From the NCBI GenBank assembly GCA_041180765.1, contig JBEGQU010000023.1, positions 1 through 41,253 on the forward strand: DNA of 41,253 bases, in the 5' to 3' direction. The notes beneath the pieces are model-generated. The model was not told the origin of the DNA. It worked only from the letters and a program-made list of their open reading frames with translations, and made no database searches. The position numbers were made by a program, and so were the translations under genes. Numbering within the stretch: position 1 is the first letter of the stretch; every line of letters starts with the position of its first letter. Shown piece by piece: positions 13,744 through 22,426 of this stretch. Source of the stretch: Chloroflexota bacterium. Lineage in GTDB: Bacteria > Chloroflexota > Limnocylindria > Limnocylindrales > Limnocylindraceae.

Positions 13744-15356
13744 CCAGCCCCAAGGGGGGCGACGCCAGCGCGACGATCCGCGAGCTCCGCCTCGGCAAGC
13801 GACAGCGCCGATCCCCGCAGCGACGGGCGACCAAGAACCCGCTCCGCGCCGGCCTACGCCTCGAGCGCATCCCCGATGCGAACATCGTCGTGCTCTTCGG
13901 CGCGACCGGCGACCTCGCGCACCGCAAGGTCGTCCCGGCGCTCTATCACCTCTGGGCTGCTGGACTGCTCCCCGAGCGGTTCGCCCTCGTCTGCTTCGGG
14001 CGACGCGATGCGGACGACGCCTCGATGCGCGCCGACCTGCGCACATCGCTCGACAAGCACGCCCGCGTCCGCCCCGTCGACGAGGAGACCTGGGCCGCCT
14101 TCGCCGCGCGCATCAGCTACTTCAAGGGGGGCTTCGGCGACCCCGCCTCCTACGCCGCGCTGGCCAGGCGCCTCGACGAGATCGATGCCGCCGCCGGAAC
14201 CGAGGGGAACCGCCTCTTCTACCTCGCGACCCCGGCATCCTCGTTCCCGGAGATCGTCCGCGGGCTCGGCGGCGCCGGCCTCGACCACGAGACCGCCGAG
14301 GGCGGCTGGCGCCGGATCGTCATCGAGAAGCCGTTCGGGCGCGACCTCGACACGGCGGTGCGCCTCAACCGCGAGGTCGGCAAGGTCTTCCGCGAGAGCC
14401 AGGTCTACCGCATCGACCACTACCTGGGGAAGGAGACGGTGCGCAACATCCTCATCTTCCGCTTCGGCAACCTGATCTTCGAACCGATCTGGCACCGGCG
14501 CTACATCGACCACGTGCAGATCACCGTCGCCGAGTCGATCGGGGTCGAGGGACGCGGCGCCTTCTACGAGGAGACCGGGGCGCTGCGCGACATCCTCCAG
14601 AACCACCTGCTCCAGTTGCTCACGCTCGTCGCCATGGAGCCGCCGGCGACGCTCGAGGCCGACTCGCTCCGCGACGAGAAGGTGAAGGTGCTCCGCGCCG
14701 TGCGCCCGATCCCGGCCGACGCGGTCGACGCCTCGGTCGTCCGTGGCCAGTACGGTCCCGGCTGGGTCGGCGCCACCGAGGTCGCCGGCTACCGCGGCGA
14801 ACCGTCGGTGGACCCGGCGTCCGAGACGGAGACCTTCGTCGCCGCGAGGCTCGAGATCGACGACTGGCGCTGGGCCGGCGTGCCGTTCTACCTGCGCGCG
14901 GGGAAGCGCCTGCCGAAGCGGGCCACCGAGATCGCGATCCAGTTCAAGGACGTGCCGCAGCGACTCTTCGCGCCGCTCGGCGGCGACCCCGAGGCGAACC
15001 TCCTGGTGATCCGCATCCAGCCGGACGAGGGGATCCTGCTCCGCTTCGCGGCCAAGGTGCCGGGCCTCGGGGTCGACGTCCGCCCGGTGAACATGGACTT
15101 CGCCTACGGCTCGGCGTTCACCGTCGACAGCCCCGATGCATACGAGACCCTGATCCTCGACGCCCTGCTCGGCGACGCCTCCCTCTTCACCCGCGCCGAC
15201 GAGGTCGAGGCGGCGTGGAAGATCGTCGACCCGATCATCGAGAGCTGGATCGCCGGTGCCGAGCCGAACCTGCCGAACTACGCCGCCGGAACCTGGGGAC
15301 CAGAGGCGGCCGACGAGCTCCTCACCCGCGAGGGGCGGCGCTGGCGGCGCCTCTAG
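13740..15356 (+). CDS. zwf: Glucose-6-phosphate 1-dehydrogenase
   Basis: ..NPLR..LERIP..VLFGATGDLAHRKVVPALY.., ..RIDHYLGKE.., ..LRDILQNHLLQLL... GTG 13740 overlaps the gnd stop (GTGA). No later in-frame start precedes the GATGDL motif. Confidence 0.92.
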   Translation: MTSPKGGDASATIRELRLGKRQRRSPQRRATKNPLRAGLRLERIPDANIVVLFGATGDLAHRKVVPALYHLWAAGLLPERFALVCFGRRDADDASMRADLRTSLDKHARVRPVDEETWAAFAARISYFKGGFGDPASYAALARRLDEIDAAAGTEGNRLFYLATPASSFPEIVRGLGGAGLDHETAEGGWRRIVIEKPFGRDLDTAVRLNREVGKVFRESQVYRIDHYLGKETVRNILIFRFGNLIFEPIWHRRYIDHVQITVAESIGVEGRGAFYEETGALRDILQNHLLQLLTLVAMEPPATLEADSLRDEKVKVLRAVRPIPADAVDASVVRGQYGPGWVGATEVAGYRGEPSVDPASETETFVAARLEIDDWRWAGVPFYLRAGKRLPKRATEIAIQFKDVPQRLFAPLGGDPEANLLVIRIQPDEGILLRFAAKVPGLGVDVRPVNMDFAYGSAFTVDSPDAYETLILDALLGDASLFTRADEVEAAWKIVDPIIESWIAGAEPNLPNYAAGTWGPEAADELLTREGRRWRRL

Positions 15357-15359
15357 CCG

Positions 15360-16517
15360 ATGGGCCTCACCGGCACGCTCCTCAGCACGCTCCGCTGGAG
15401 TTCGGACGCAACCACCGTCGCAGAGGCCGATGCGCTCCTCTCGCGCCTCTGGGCGAGCGCCGACGCCCGGAGCGCGCTGACCCCGGGCAGCGAGGCGGCG
15501 GTGCGCACCGGCGTGATGAACCTCGTCGTCGTCGCGACGGGAGAGGAGCGCGCCGCCCACGCAGCCGCCACGCTCCAGACCCTCCAGCGCAACCCGTCGC
15601 GCACGCTCTTCATCGTGCCCCGCGACCCAGAGGGGCCGGCCGCCTTCAAGGCCCACCTCGAGGTCTTCTGCGCCGTCACGCCCCGCGGCGACGGCACGGC
15701 CGCCTGCACGGAGCTGCTCTGGATCGACGCCGGCGGGCCCGTGGCACGTCACCTCACCAGCGTCATCGCGCCACTGGCGCTCCATGACCTGCCGACGCTC
15801 CTCTGGTGGGATGCGCCGCTCGACCCAACGAATGCCGACCTGCGACAGATGCTGCGCGGCATCGACCGGGTAATGTTCGACGGCTCGACGCAGCCCGGGA
15901 GCGGCCTCGAGACGCTGCGCCACCTGCTCGATGCCGCCGGCCAGTCGGGCAGCGCCGTCTCGGACTTCTCCCTGATCCGCCAGGGCCGCTGGCGCGACGC
16001 AGTCGCCTCGATGTTCGACGAGCCGGCGGCAGCACCGTTCCTCGGCGCGATCGCCGAGATCGAGATCGAGTACGCCGGCGCGCCGGGGAACCACGGCCCG
16101 GTGAACATCGTCAAGCCGCTCTACCACGTCGCCTGGCTGGCCTCGCGCCTGCAGGCGCGCGTCGACGCACCGCTCGAACCCGGATCTCGTGGCTGGTCGG
16201 CGAGGCTCGTCGACGCCCTGGGGCACCCGATCGACGTTCGCCTGGTGCCCACCGATCGACCGACGCGCCCGGGCACGACCCAGCGCGTGACGATCGGGGC
16301 GCGGCGTCGTGGCGCCGAGGCGCGGCTCGACGTGGTCGCCGACGGGAAGACGACGACGGGACGGCTGCACGTCGACGGCGCGCCGGTGCGCGAACGGGTC
16401 TTCTCCGCCCCTCGCGCCACCGAGGCGTCGCTCCTCGGCGAATCGCTCGAACTCGGCGAGATCGACCCGCTCTCGCCGGCGATCCTGCGCGCTGCGGCGG
16501 CGCTCATCGGCACATGA
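15360..16517 (+). CDS. opcA: Glucose-6-phosphate dehydrogenase assembly protein OpcA
   Basis: Sits immediately after zwf, with OpcA-like size and N-terminal pattern (..RTGVMNLVVV..). Called from synteny and overall similarity as I remember the family. Confidence 0.8.
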   Translation: MGLTGTLLSTLRWSSDATTVAEADALLSRLWASADARSALTPGSEAAVRTGVMNLVVVATGEERAAHAAATLQTLQRNPSRTLFIVPRDPEGPAAFKAHLEVFCAVTPRGDGTAACTELLWIDAGGPVARHLTSVIAPLALHDLPTLLWWDAPLDPTNADLRQMLRGIDRVMFDGSTQPGSGLETLRHLLDAAGQSGSAVSDFSLIRQGRWRDAVASMFDEPAAAPFLGAIAEIEIEYAGAPGNHGPVNIVKPLYHVAWLASRLQARVDAPLEPGSRGWSARLVDALGHPIDVRLVPTDRPTRPGTTQRVTIGARRRGAEARLDVVADGKTTTGRLHVDGAPVRERVFSAPRATEASLLGESLELGEIDPLSPAILRAAAALIGT

Positions 16518-17299
16518 GCGGCGAGCGCGTTTGCATCCTGGCCGACGCGCCGGCCCTCGCCGAGGCGGCGGCGGAGCTGGTGGTGGCGAGCGCCTGCGCC
16601 GCGGTGGAGGCGCGCGGCCGCTTCGACCTCTGCACCACCGGGGGTTCTACCCCCGCAGCGCTCTACGCCGCCCTTCGCATGCCGGAACGCTCGTCGCGCA
16701 TGCCGTGGCAGGCGACGCATGTCTGGTTCGGCGACGATCGCCTGGTGCCGCGGCACGACACGCGGTCGAACCTCGCCCCGGTCGATGCCGTGCTCCTGGC
16801 CCCCGGTCCCGACGGCAGTCCGTCGCCGATGCCGGCGGACGCGGTGCACCCCTGGCCGACCGGTGCCGACTCGGGTGACCGCGCCGTTGCCGGCTACCTC
16901 GCCGAGCTCTCCGGCTCCGGCCTGATCGGCGCCGCAGGCAGCCAGCCGGTCTTCGATCTCGTGCTCCTCGGCGTCGGCGGCGACGGGCACTGCCTGAGCG
17001 TCTTCCCCGGTTCGCCGCTCGCGCAGGCGGACGCCCCGGTCGCCGCCGCCGTCCCGGCCCCGACGCACATCGAGCCCCACGTGGCGCGACTCTCCTTCTC
17101 GCTCGGGGTGCTCCGCAGCGCCAGGTCGGTCTGCGTCCTCGCACCCGGCGCAGCGAAAGCCGAGATCCTGGCGAGGGTGCTCGACGGCGGCGTCGACCTG
17201 GCAGGCGGCATCGGTGAGCTCCCGGCGCGCGCGGCCCGCATCGCCACGGCGACCTGGCTCCTCGACCGGGAGTCGGCCGCCCGCATCACGGCACGCTGA
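16514..17299 (+). CDS. pgl: 6-phosphogluconolactonase
   Basis: ..LCTTGGSTPAALY.., ..HVWFGDDR.., ..FDLVLLGVGGDGHCLSVFPGSP... The ATG overlaps the opcA stop (ATGA). Confidence 0.85.
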   Translation: MSGERVCILADAPALAEAAAELVVASACAAVEARGRFDLCTTGGSTPAALYAALRMPERSSRMPWQATHVWFGDDRLVPRHDTRSNLAPVDAVLLAPGPDGSPSPMPADAVHPWPTGADSGDRAVAGYLAELSGSGLIGAAGSQPVFDLVLLGVGGDGHCLSVFPGSPLAQADAPVAAAVPAPTHIEPHVARLSFSLGVLRSARSVCVLAPGAAKAEILARVLDGGVDLAGGIGELPARAARIATATWLLDRESAARITAR

Positions 17300-18038
17300 T
17301 CCCCCACTTCGCGCCGAGGGCGCGCGTCGCCGCCTGGCGCTCGGTTGCGGTCAAGATCCTGTTCCAGGCGAGCGCCTCCATGATGCCGCCGGTGAAGCGC
17401 CGCTGGCCGCCCGCCAGCGCGATCCCGCCGAGCAGGTCGACGGTCGACGTCGGCGTCGCCGTGAACAGCGCATCGAAGCCGTTGTTGATCGTCGCGGAGT
17501 CATAGCCCGTCGTGTAGAAGCGAACGGTGAGGATCCTGTCGCCGGCGAGCGTGCCGAGCAGCGGCGACACGGCGCTCGTGCCGCTGTACCAACAGCGGAT
17601 CCGCCCCTCCTCGACGGCGAACCCCTCGGCCGCGGCGGAAGAGCCCAGGAGCGGGTAGGTCCCGGTCGCCGCCGGGAAGCGCAGCACCGCGATGAAGGTG
17701 AGCGGCTCGATGCGGATCGGCGCGGGGAGCGCGAGCAGGGCATCGCTCATGGCCACCTGCGCCCGTCCCGCCAGCGCGGTGGCATACGGCGGACTCCCGG
17801 CGGCGCTCGGGCGCGCACCGCGGCCGGCGACCGCCTTGTCGAACCAGAAGCGCAGGTGCGGCGCAAGCCCCATGGTCGCCGGCTCGGCCGCGTCGTACCA
17901 GAAGAGCAGCCCGCTCGCGACGTTGCCCGGGGCGGACCAGGCGCCGCTCGCGATCGGCAACTCGACGGGTGCGGTCCACCGGGCCCCCGCCGTGGCGAGC
18001 GCGACCACGGCGGCGAGGAGCAGGGCGCGCCGCCTCAC
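17286..18038 (-). CDS. Secreted LamG/concanavalin-A-like lectin-fold protein (accessory gene of the TasA-like module)
   Basis: GTG 18038 overlaps the peptidase stop (GTGA). Sec-type signal VRRRALLLAAVVALATAGA. The C-terminus ..RFTGGIMEALAWNRILTATERQA.. resembles the end of a Laminin_G_3 domain. The track ORF up to 18656 is an out-of-gene extension. Confidence 0.6.
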   Translation of the reverse strand: MRRRALLLAAVVALATAGARWTAPVELPIASGAWSAPGNVASGLLFWYDAAEPATMGLAPHLRFWFDKAVAGRGARPSAAGSPPYATALAGRAQVAMSDALLALPAPIRIEPLTFIAVLRFPAATGTYPLLGSSAAAEGFAVEEGRIRCWYSGTSAVSPLLGTLAGDRILTVRFYTTGYDSATINNGFDALFTATPTSTVDLLGGIALAGGQRRFTGGIMEALAWNRILTATERQAATRALGAKWGISVP

Positions 18039-18898
18039 GGGCCCCAGAGGAGCGGCAGGGTGAGCGACGCCGCCTGGGCATCGAGCGCCCCGAGGAGGGT
18101 GGCGCGAAGCTCGCAGCGGGTCGCTGTGGCCAGGCCCGGCACGAGCAGCCCCGTCGACGGGAGCGCGGCGCTCCACTCTGCGGTGAAGAGATCTCCCGCC
18201 TCGCGCCATGCGGCCCCGTCCGGATCCTGGCAGCGCGCCGCAAGGCGCAGTGCACGGGCAAGGCCGGGGGCCCCGGCGAGCGGCGAGAACCTGTCCGGGT
18301 CGATCCGGAGCGACTGGGATGGGCCGCACAACGACCCCGAGGTGGCTGAGCAGGGGCGGAGGAGCAGGCTCCAGGTGGCCGTCGCGCCGGGGAGCAGCTC
18401 CCCGGCAGCGCTGCCGCCGGAGATCGACACCCCTTCGAGCGCGACCGACGCGCCGGCGGCCGCCGCGACCGAGAGGGAGAGGCTGCGCTGTGCGGCGAAT
18501 GTCGCCGTGGTCCACGCCGTGAACCGGCGCAGCACGGCTGCCAGCGGCGGGATCGCCGAGAGGGGGATCACCGCGACGAGTCGCCCGCGAACATCCGCGT
18601 CGGTGAAACGCTCGGCGTCGACCGACCGGCTGGCGTCTCCGCGCAGCAGGCGCCACCCCGCACCGTGCTCGACCACGCGGTGCAGCAGCAGCGTCTGGTC
18701 GGGATCATGGCGGGCGACGAGCAGGATGCTCCCCCGCTGCGCATCGATCGCCGTCGCGGCGACCGTGACGGCAACGTCCCCCGAGCGGAGGCTCGGTGCC
18801 ATCGACTCGCCGACGACGAGCACGATGCGCAGGCCCAGCCCCGCCGCCGCGAGCGCGGCCACGATCACGATGCCGATCGAGAGACTCCGTCTGCGCAC
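18035..18898 (-). CDS. SipW/ER-type signal peptidase I (S26B) fused to a C-terminal TasA-like domain
   Basis: N-terminal TM helix, then GESMAPSL (Ser box), LLLHRVVE (His box) and RGDASRSVD (GDxx..D box), which is the Ser/His ER-type pattern. Residues from about 130 to 287 begin TTATFAAQRSLS..AGASVALEG.. and resemble the neighbouring TasA-like protein. The GTG start shares 1 nt with the upstream stop (TAGTG). Confidence 0.7.
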   Translation of the reverse strand: MRRRSLSIGIVIVAALAAAGLGLRIVLVVGESMAPSLRSGDVAVTVAATAIDAQRGSILLVARHDPDQTLLLHRVVEHGAGWRLLRGDASRSVDAERFTDADVRGRLVAVIPLSAIPPLAAVLRRFTAWTTATFAAQRSLSLSVAAAAGASVALEGVSISGGSAAGELLPGATATWSLLLRPCSATSGSLCGPSQSLRIDPDRFSPLAGAPGLARALRLAARCQDPDGAAWREAGDLFTAEWSAALPSTGLLVPGLATATRCELRATLLGALDAQAASLTLPLLWGP

Positions 18899-19518
18899 TA
18901 CGCGGTGATGTTGCGCGCCTCGAAGAGGAGCGTCAGGGACACCGACGATCCCGCCCCGCTGGTCGCAGACGCAGGGAGCGAGAGCTCGAACACGTAGCGT
19001 GCGGAGGCCGCCGTGGCCCCCGAAGAGCCCGAGCCGTTGATGGAGCGCCAGGTCGTGCCGATCGGCGCCGTGAAGCGGTCGAGGCCAGCGAGCGCGGCGA
19101 CGGTGCCGTCGTACAGGACGGTGCTGGTCCCACCGCCGACCGAGCGCGTGATGCGCAGGCGGAGCACCGCCGCGAGGCTATCGCTTGCGAGCGGGGTGCT
19201 GCCGAGGCTCGCGTAGAGGGCGATCTCCGTCTGGTTCGTCGGCACGGTCACCGTCGACTGGTTCAGGACGGTCAGGGTCTGGCTGAAGCTGGCCCCGGGC
19301 CCGATCGCCGCAAGGTCCGCGCCACTGAACTCGAGGCGCTGCAGGCCACCGGTATCGAGCGCCACCGTCCCCGCGCTCGCCGCGGCAGAGAGTGGCCGGA
19401 TGTCGGAGAAGGCGGCGGTGGTCCGACCGACCGTGGCGCCGCCGGCGAAGATGACCCCCGCCGCCGCCAGCAGGCGGACCGCCCGGCGAGTGCCCGATCG
19501 TGAAACGCTCTTGCCCAT
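18898..19518 (-). CDS. TasA/camelysin-like secreted protein with a SipW-cognate-type signal peptide
   Basis: MGKSVSRSGTRRAVRLLAAAGVIFAGGATVGRTTAAFSD.. (basic n-region, hydrophobic core, TxAxFSD motif), then ..AGTVALD.., ..IGPGASFSQTLTVLNQS.., ..LTLLFEARN... AGGAGA lies upstream of ATG 19518. Confidence 0.65.
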   Translation of the reverse strand: MGKSVSRSGTRRAVRLLAAAGVIFAGGATVGRTTAAFSDIRPLSAAASAGTVALDTGGLQRLEFSGADLAAIGPGASFSQTLTVLNQSTVTVPTNQTEIALYASLGSTPLASDSLAAVLRLRITRSVGGGTSTVLYDGTVAALAGLDRFTAPIGTTWRSINGSGSSGATAASARYVFELSLPASATSGAGSSVSLTLLFEARNITA

Positions 19519-19591
19519 GTCGCTCTCCTGGCGGGGGCGGCAAGCGATCCTCTCGTGCGCGGCGTACTCCCGACGTACCGGGCGCGGGAGG

Positions 19592-20725
19592 CTAGTACTG
19601 CGGGAGCGGGACCTCCTCCGGCACCCAGTCGCTGCCGACCAGGTCGATATCGGGCGGCCAGTGTGCGCTGGCCAGCGCGTAGATCGCTTGATCGACATAG
19701 GCGCTCACGGGGTCGAGGCTGATGACGATCCCCACCGCCTGGGCATCGGAACCCGTCACCTCGACGGCCGCTTCGTCGATCGCGAAGAGGCCAGGGCCGG
19801 CACTTGGCCAGAGGGAACCATTCCACTGGTTGAGGGCCCAGGCGATCGTCCCCTCATCGAACTCCGAGAGCCCCGCCTCCAGATAGCGGGCGCTGCACCC
19901 CTGGAGATCGTCGCGACATCCGACCGTGGTTGCGGCGAGCGCGACGAGCGCTGCGGCTGCGGCGATCTGCCCGTCCTCGGATGCGATCGAGGCGGCGCTG
20001 GCCCAGAGGCCGAGTCCTCCGGCGCGGCCGCCGGTCATCGGCAGCCAGGTGAAGCTGTCCGCCCCGTAGGCAACGCCGTTCTCGTCGGCCGACTGGAGAA
20101 TGCGCGGCAGGCCGTCGGACGAGCGCGTGTACACCGCGTCAAACGTCCCGTCAGCGAGCATCGCCGGATCGAACGGCACCGCGGTGTCGGTCGAGTAGGT
20201 CAGCACGATGTCTCCGGTGTCGATCCCGGCCCCCTGCAGCGTGGCACGGAGGGCGTGCTCGTCGCCGGGGAAGCCGTCGACATAGATGTTCGAGCCCGCG
20301 AGGCTATTGAGCGATGTCCGGGTGCGCGAAACGACCCCCCAAGAGGTCAAGTGCTCAAGCGACGCGACGTAGACAAGGTCGGCGCCCTGCTCCCTGGCGC
20401 GGAGGGCGGTTGCTGTGTCGAGGGCGTAAAGGTCGACGACATCGGTACGACCTGAGGGGGTGAAGGCGCCGTCGGGACTGCCGAGCGGGATCGCGCTCAC
20501 GGTGACCTTGTTGGCCGCGAGGAGGCCGAGCTGCGAGATCGCCGCGAACGGGGCGAACATCGCCCCGGCTGAGCCCGGAAGCCGGATGGCTACGGTCATC
20601 GCCGACTTCGGTACAAGGTCGGCCACGATCGACGAGGGGGTCGGGGTCGGCGAGGGACCGAGCGCCGGACGGCAGGCCGATGCGACCACGAGCAACGAGA
20701 TCGCGACGGCGAGGCGTCGAATCAT
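19592..20725 (-). CDS. Lipoprotein, NMT1/THI5-like (NitT/TauT-type) periplasmic substrate-binding protein, with no cognate permease nearby
   Basis: Lipobox LLVVASAC. Type-2 binding-protein pattern (..[11 protein letters not shown].., ..C.DDLQGC.., ..[22 protein letters not shown]..). ATG 20725 overlaps the pstB stop (ATGA). Confidence 0.6.
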   Translation of the reverse strand: MIRRLAVAISLLVVASACRPALGPSPTPTPSSIVADLVPKSAMTVAIRLPGSAGAMFAPFAAISQLGLLAANKVTVSAIPLGSPDGAFTPSGRTDVVDLYALDTATALRAREQGADLVYVASLEHLTSWGVVSRTRTSLNSLAGSNIYVDGFPGDEHALRATLQGAGIDTGDIVLTYSTDTAVPFDPAMLADGTFDAVYTRSSDGLPRILQSADENGVAYGADSFTWLPMTGGRAGGLGLWASAASIASEDGQIAAAAALVALAATTVGCRDDLQGCSARYLEAGLSEFDEGTIAWALNQWNGSLWPSAGPGLFAIDEAAVEVTGSDAQAVGIVISLDPVSAYVDQAIYALASAHWPPDIDLVGSDWVPEEVPLPQY

Positions 20726-21534
20726 CCGAAGCGGCCCGCAACGTAGTCTTCGGTGAGGCGCTGCTCCGGAGCAGTAAACATCTTCGGCGTCGGACCGCTC
20801 TCCACGAGGTATCCCGCACGATCTTCGCCCATGGTCATGAAGGCCGTCGTATCGGAGACGCGAGATGCCTGCTGCATGTTGTGGGTCACGATGACGATCG
20901 TGTACTCCTCGCGGAGAGTGCGGATGAGCTCTTCGATCTTCAGCGTGGCGATCGGGTCCAGTGCCGAGCATGGCTCATCCATGAGGATGATCTCGGGCTT
21001 CACGGCGATCGCCCGCGCGATGCACAACCGCTGCTGCTGGCCGCCGGAGAGCGAGGTACCTGGCTGATTGAGCTTGTCCTTGACCTCGTCCCAGAGGGCG
21101 GCCTTGCGCAGCGAGTCCTCGACGATCGCGGCGAGCGCTGCCTTGTTCGTCTGCCCCGCGAGCCGCAACCCGCTCACGACATTCTGGGCAATCGACATCG
21201 TCGGGAACGGATTCGGCTTCTGGAACACCATGCCGATCGACCGGCGCACGCGCACCGGATCGATCTGGGGGTCGTAGATATCCACCCCCTCGATCTCGAT
21301 CGTCCCCTCGACGCGAGCACCCGTCGTCGTCTCGTGCATCCGGTTGATCGTGCGGATCAGCGTGGACTTGCCGCAGCCCGAGGGGCCGATGAGCGCGGTG
21401 ACCGACTGCGCCGCCACCTCGAGGGAAACGTCCTTCACCGCGCGGAAGCTGCCGTAGTAGGCGCTGAGGCTCTTGAGGCTCAGTGCGGTCGCGGAGCCCT
21501 TCGCGGGCTTCTCGGTACGGCTCTTGGCAGACAT
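20722..21534 (-). CDS. pstB: Phosphate ABC transporter ATP-binding protein
   Basis: ..[16 protein letters not shown].., [51 protein letters not shown] lies upstream. Confidence 0.95.
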   Translation of the reverse strand: MSAKSRTEKPAKGSATALSLKSLSAYYGSFRAVKDVSLEVAAQSVTALIGPSGCGKSTLIRTINRMHETTTGARVEGTIEIEGVDIYDPQIDPVRVRRSIGMVFQKPNPFPTMSIAQNVVSGLRLAGQTNKAALAAIVEDSLRKAALWDEVKDKLNQPGTSLSGGQQQRLCIARAIAVKPEIILMDEPCSALDPIATLKIEELIRTLREEYTIVIVTHNMQQASRVSDTTAFMTMGEDRAGYLVESGPTPKMFTAPEQRLTEDYVAGRFG

Positions 21535-21559
21535 GCTCCCTCCTATCCTCTTCGCGATG

Positions 21560-22426
21560 CTAGGCGATGCGCGAGTTGACCGTCTTGAAGCGAACCGCCA
21601 CGTTCAGCACGAGGGCGATCGCGAAGAGCACCAGCGCCGTCGTCCAGGCCTCGGCAACCATCTGCGGGTCGGACGAACCGGCGTTGTTGTAGATCACGAT
21701 CGGCATCGCGCTCATCGGCGCACCGAGGTTGATCGCCTCGTCGTTCGAGCCGAGGGCGGTCATGAGCAGCGGTGCCGTCTCGCCGAGGCCGCGGCTGATC
21801 GCGAGCACGACGCCAGTGAGGATCCCCGAGAAGGCAGTGCGCCCAACGATGAAGACCGACGTCTTCCACGAGGAGACGCCGAGGGCGAGTGATGCCTCGC
21901 GCAGCCCCGCCGGGACGAGGCGCATCACCTCCTGGGTGGTGCGCATCACCACGGGGATCATCAAGACAGAGAGCGCGATCGTCGCGGACCACCCGGAGAA
22001 GCCGAGCAGGGGGACGATCGCGAGGTAGGCGAAGAGCCCGGCGAGGATGCTCGGAACGCCGAGCATGACGTCGATGAGATATTCGCCGAGCGCCGTGACC
22101 CGGGGCGAGGCGTATTCGTTGAGGTAGACGCCGCCGGCGATCCCGATGGGTGCGGAGATGAGCGTGGCGACGAAGGTCATTGCCAGCGACCCCTGGATGG
22201 CGTTGACGATCCCGGGCGGACTGCCGAGCGGCCCGTTGAAGAGGAACTCGGGCGTCAGCCGGCCCACCCCGTTGCTGACGATGAGCACGGTGATCCCGAC
22301 GAGCGGGAGGATCGCCAGCGCGGTGGTGGCAGCGATCACCAGGCGCATCATCCGATTGAGCCTGCGGCGTCGCAGGTCGCGCGCGGAGAGCGCGAAGGGA
22401 TGGCTCGCGCCGACGCGCCCGCTCAC
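21560..22426 (-). CDS. pstA: Phosphate ABC transporter permease PstA
   Basis: ..REASLALG.., ..[10 protein letters not shown]... GTG 22426 overlaps the pstC stop (GTGA). The track start at 22954 is inside pstC. Confidence 0.9.
   Translation of the reverse strand: MSGRVGASHPFALSARDLRRRRLNRMMRLVIAATTALAILPLVGITVLIVSNGVGRLTPEFLFNGPLGSPPGIVNAIQGSLAMTFVATLISAPIGIAGGVYLNEYASPRVTALGEYLIDVMLGVPSILAGLFAYLAIVPLLGFSGWSATIALSVLMIPVVMRTTQEVMRLVPAGLREASLALGVSSWKTSVFIVGRTAFSGILTGVVLAISRGLGETAPLLMTALGSNDEAINLGAPMSAMPIVIYNNAGSSDPQMVAEAWTTALVLFAIALVLNVAVRFKTVNSRIA

Noticed and set aside
13854-16370. 838-aa minus-strand ORF, with similar long ORFs at 10706..12805 (-), 8480..10198 (-), 27608..29893 (-), 23662..25005 (+) and 36091..38436 (+)
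   Set aside because: All are antisense to, or out of frame with, well-supported genes (zwf/opcA, pgi, tkt, EamA genes, pstS, manA/giant gene). All translate to Arg/Gly/Asp/Glu/Pro-rich low-complexity sequence. They are high-GC artefacts.
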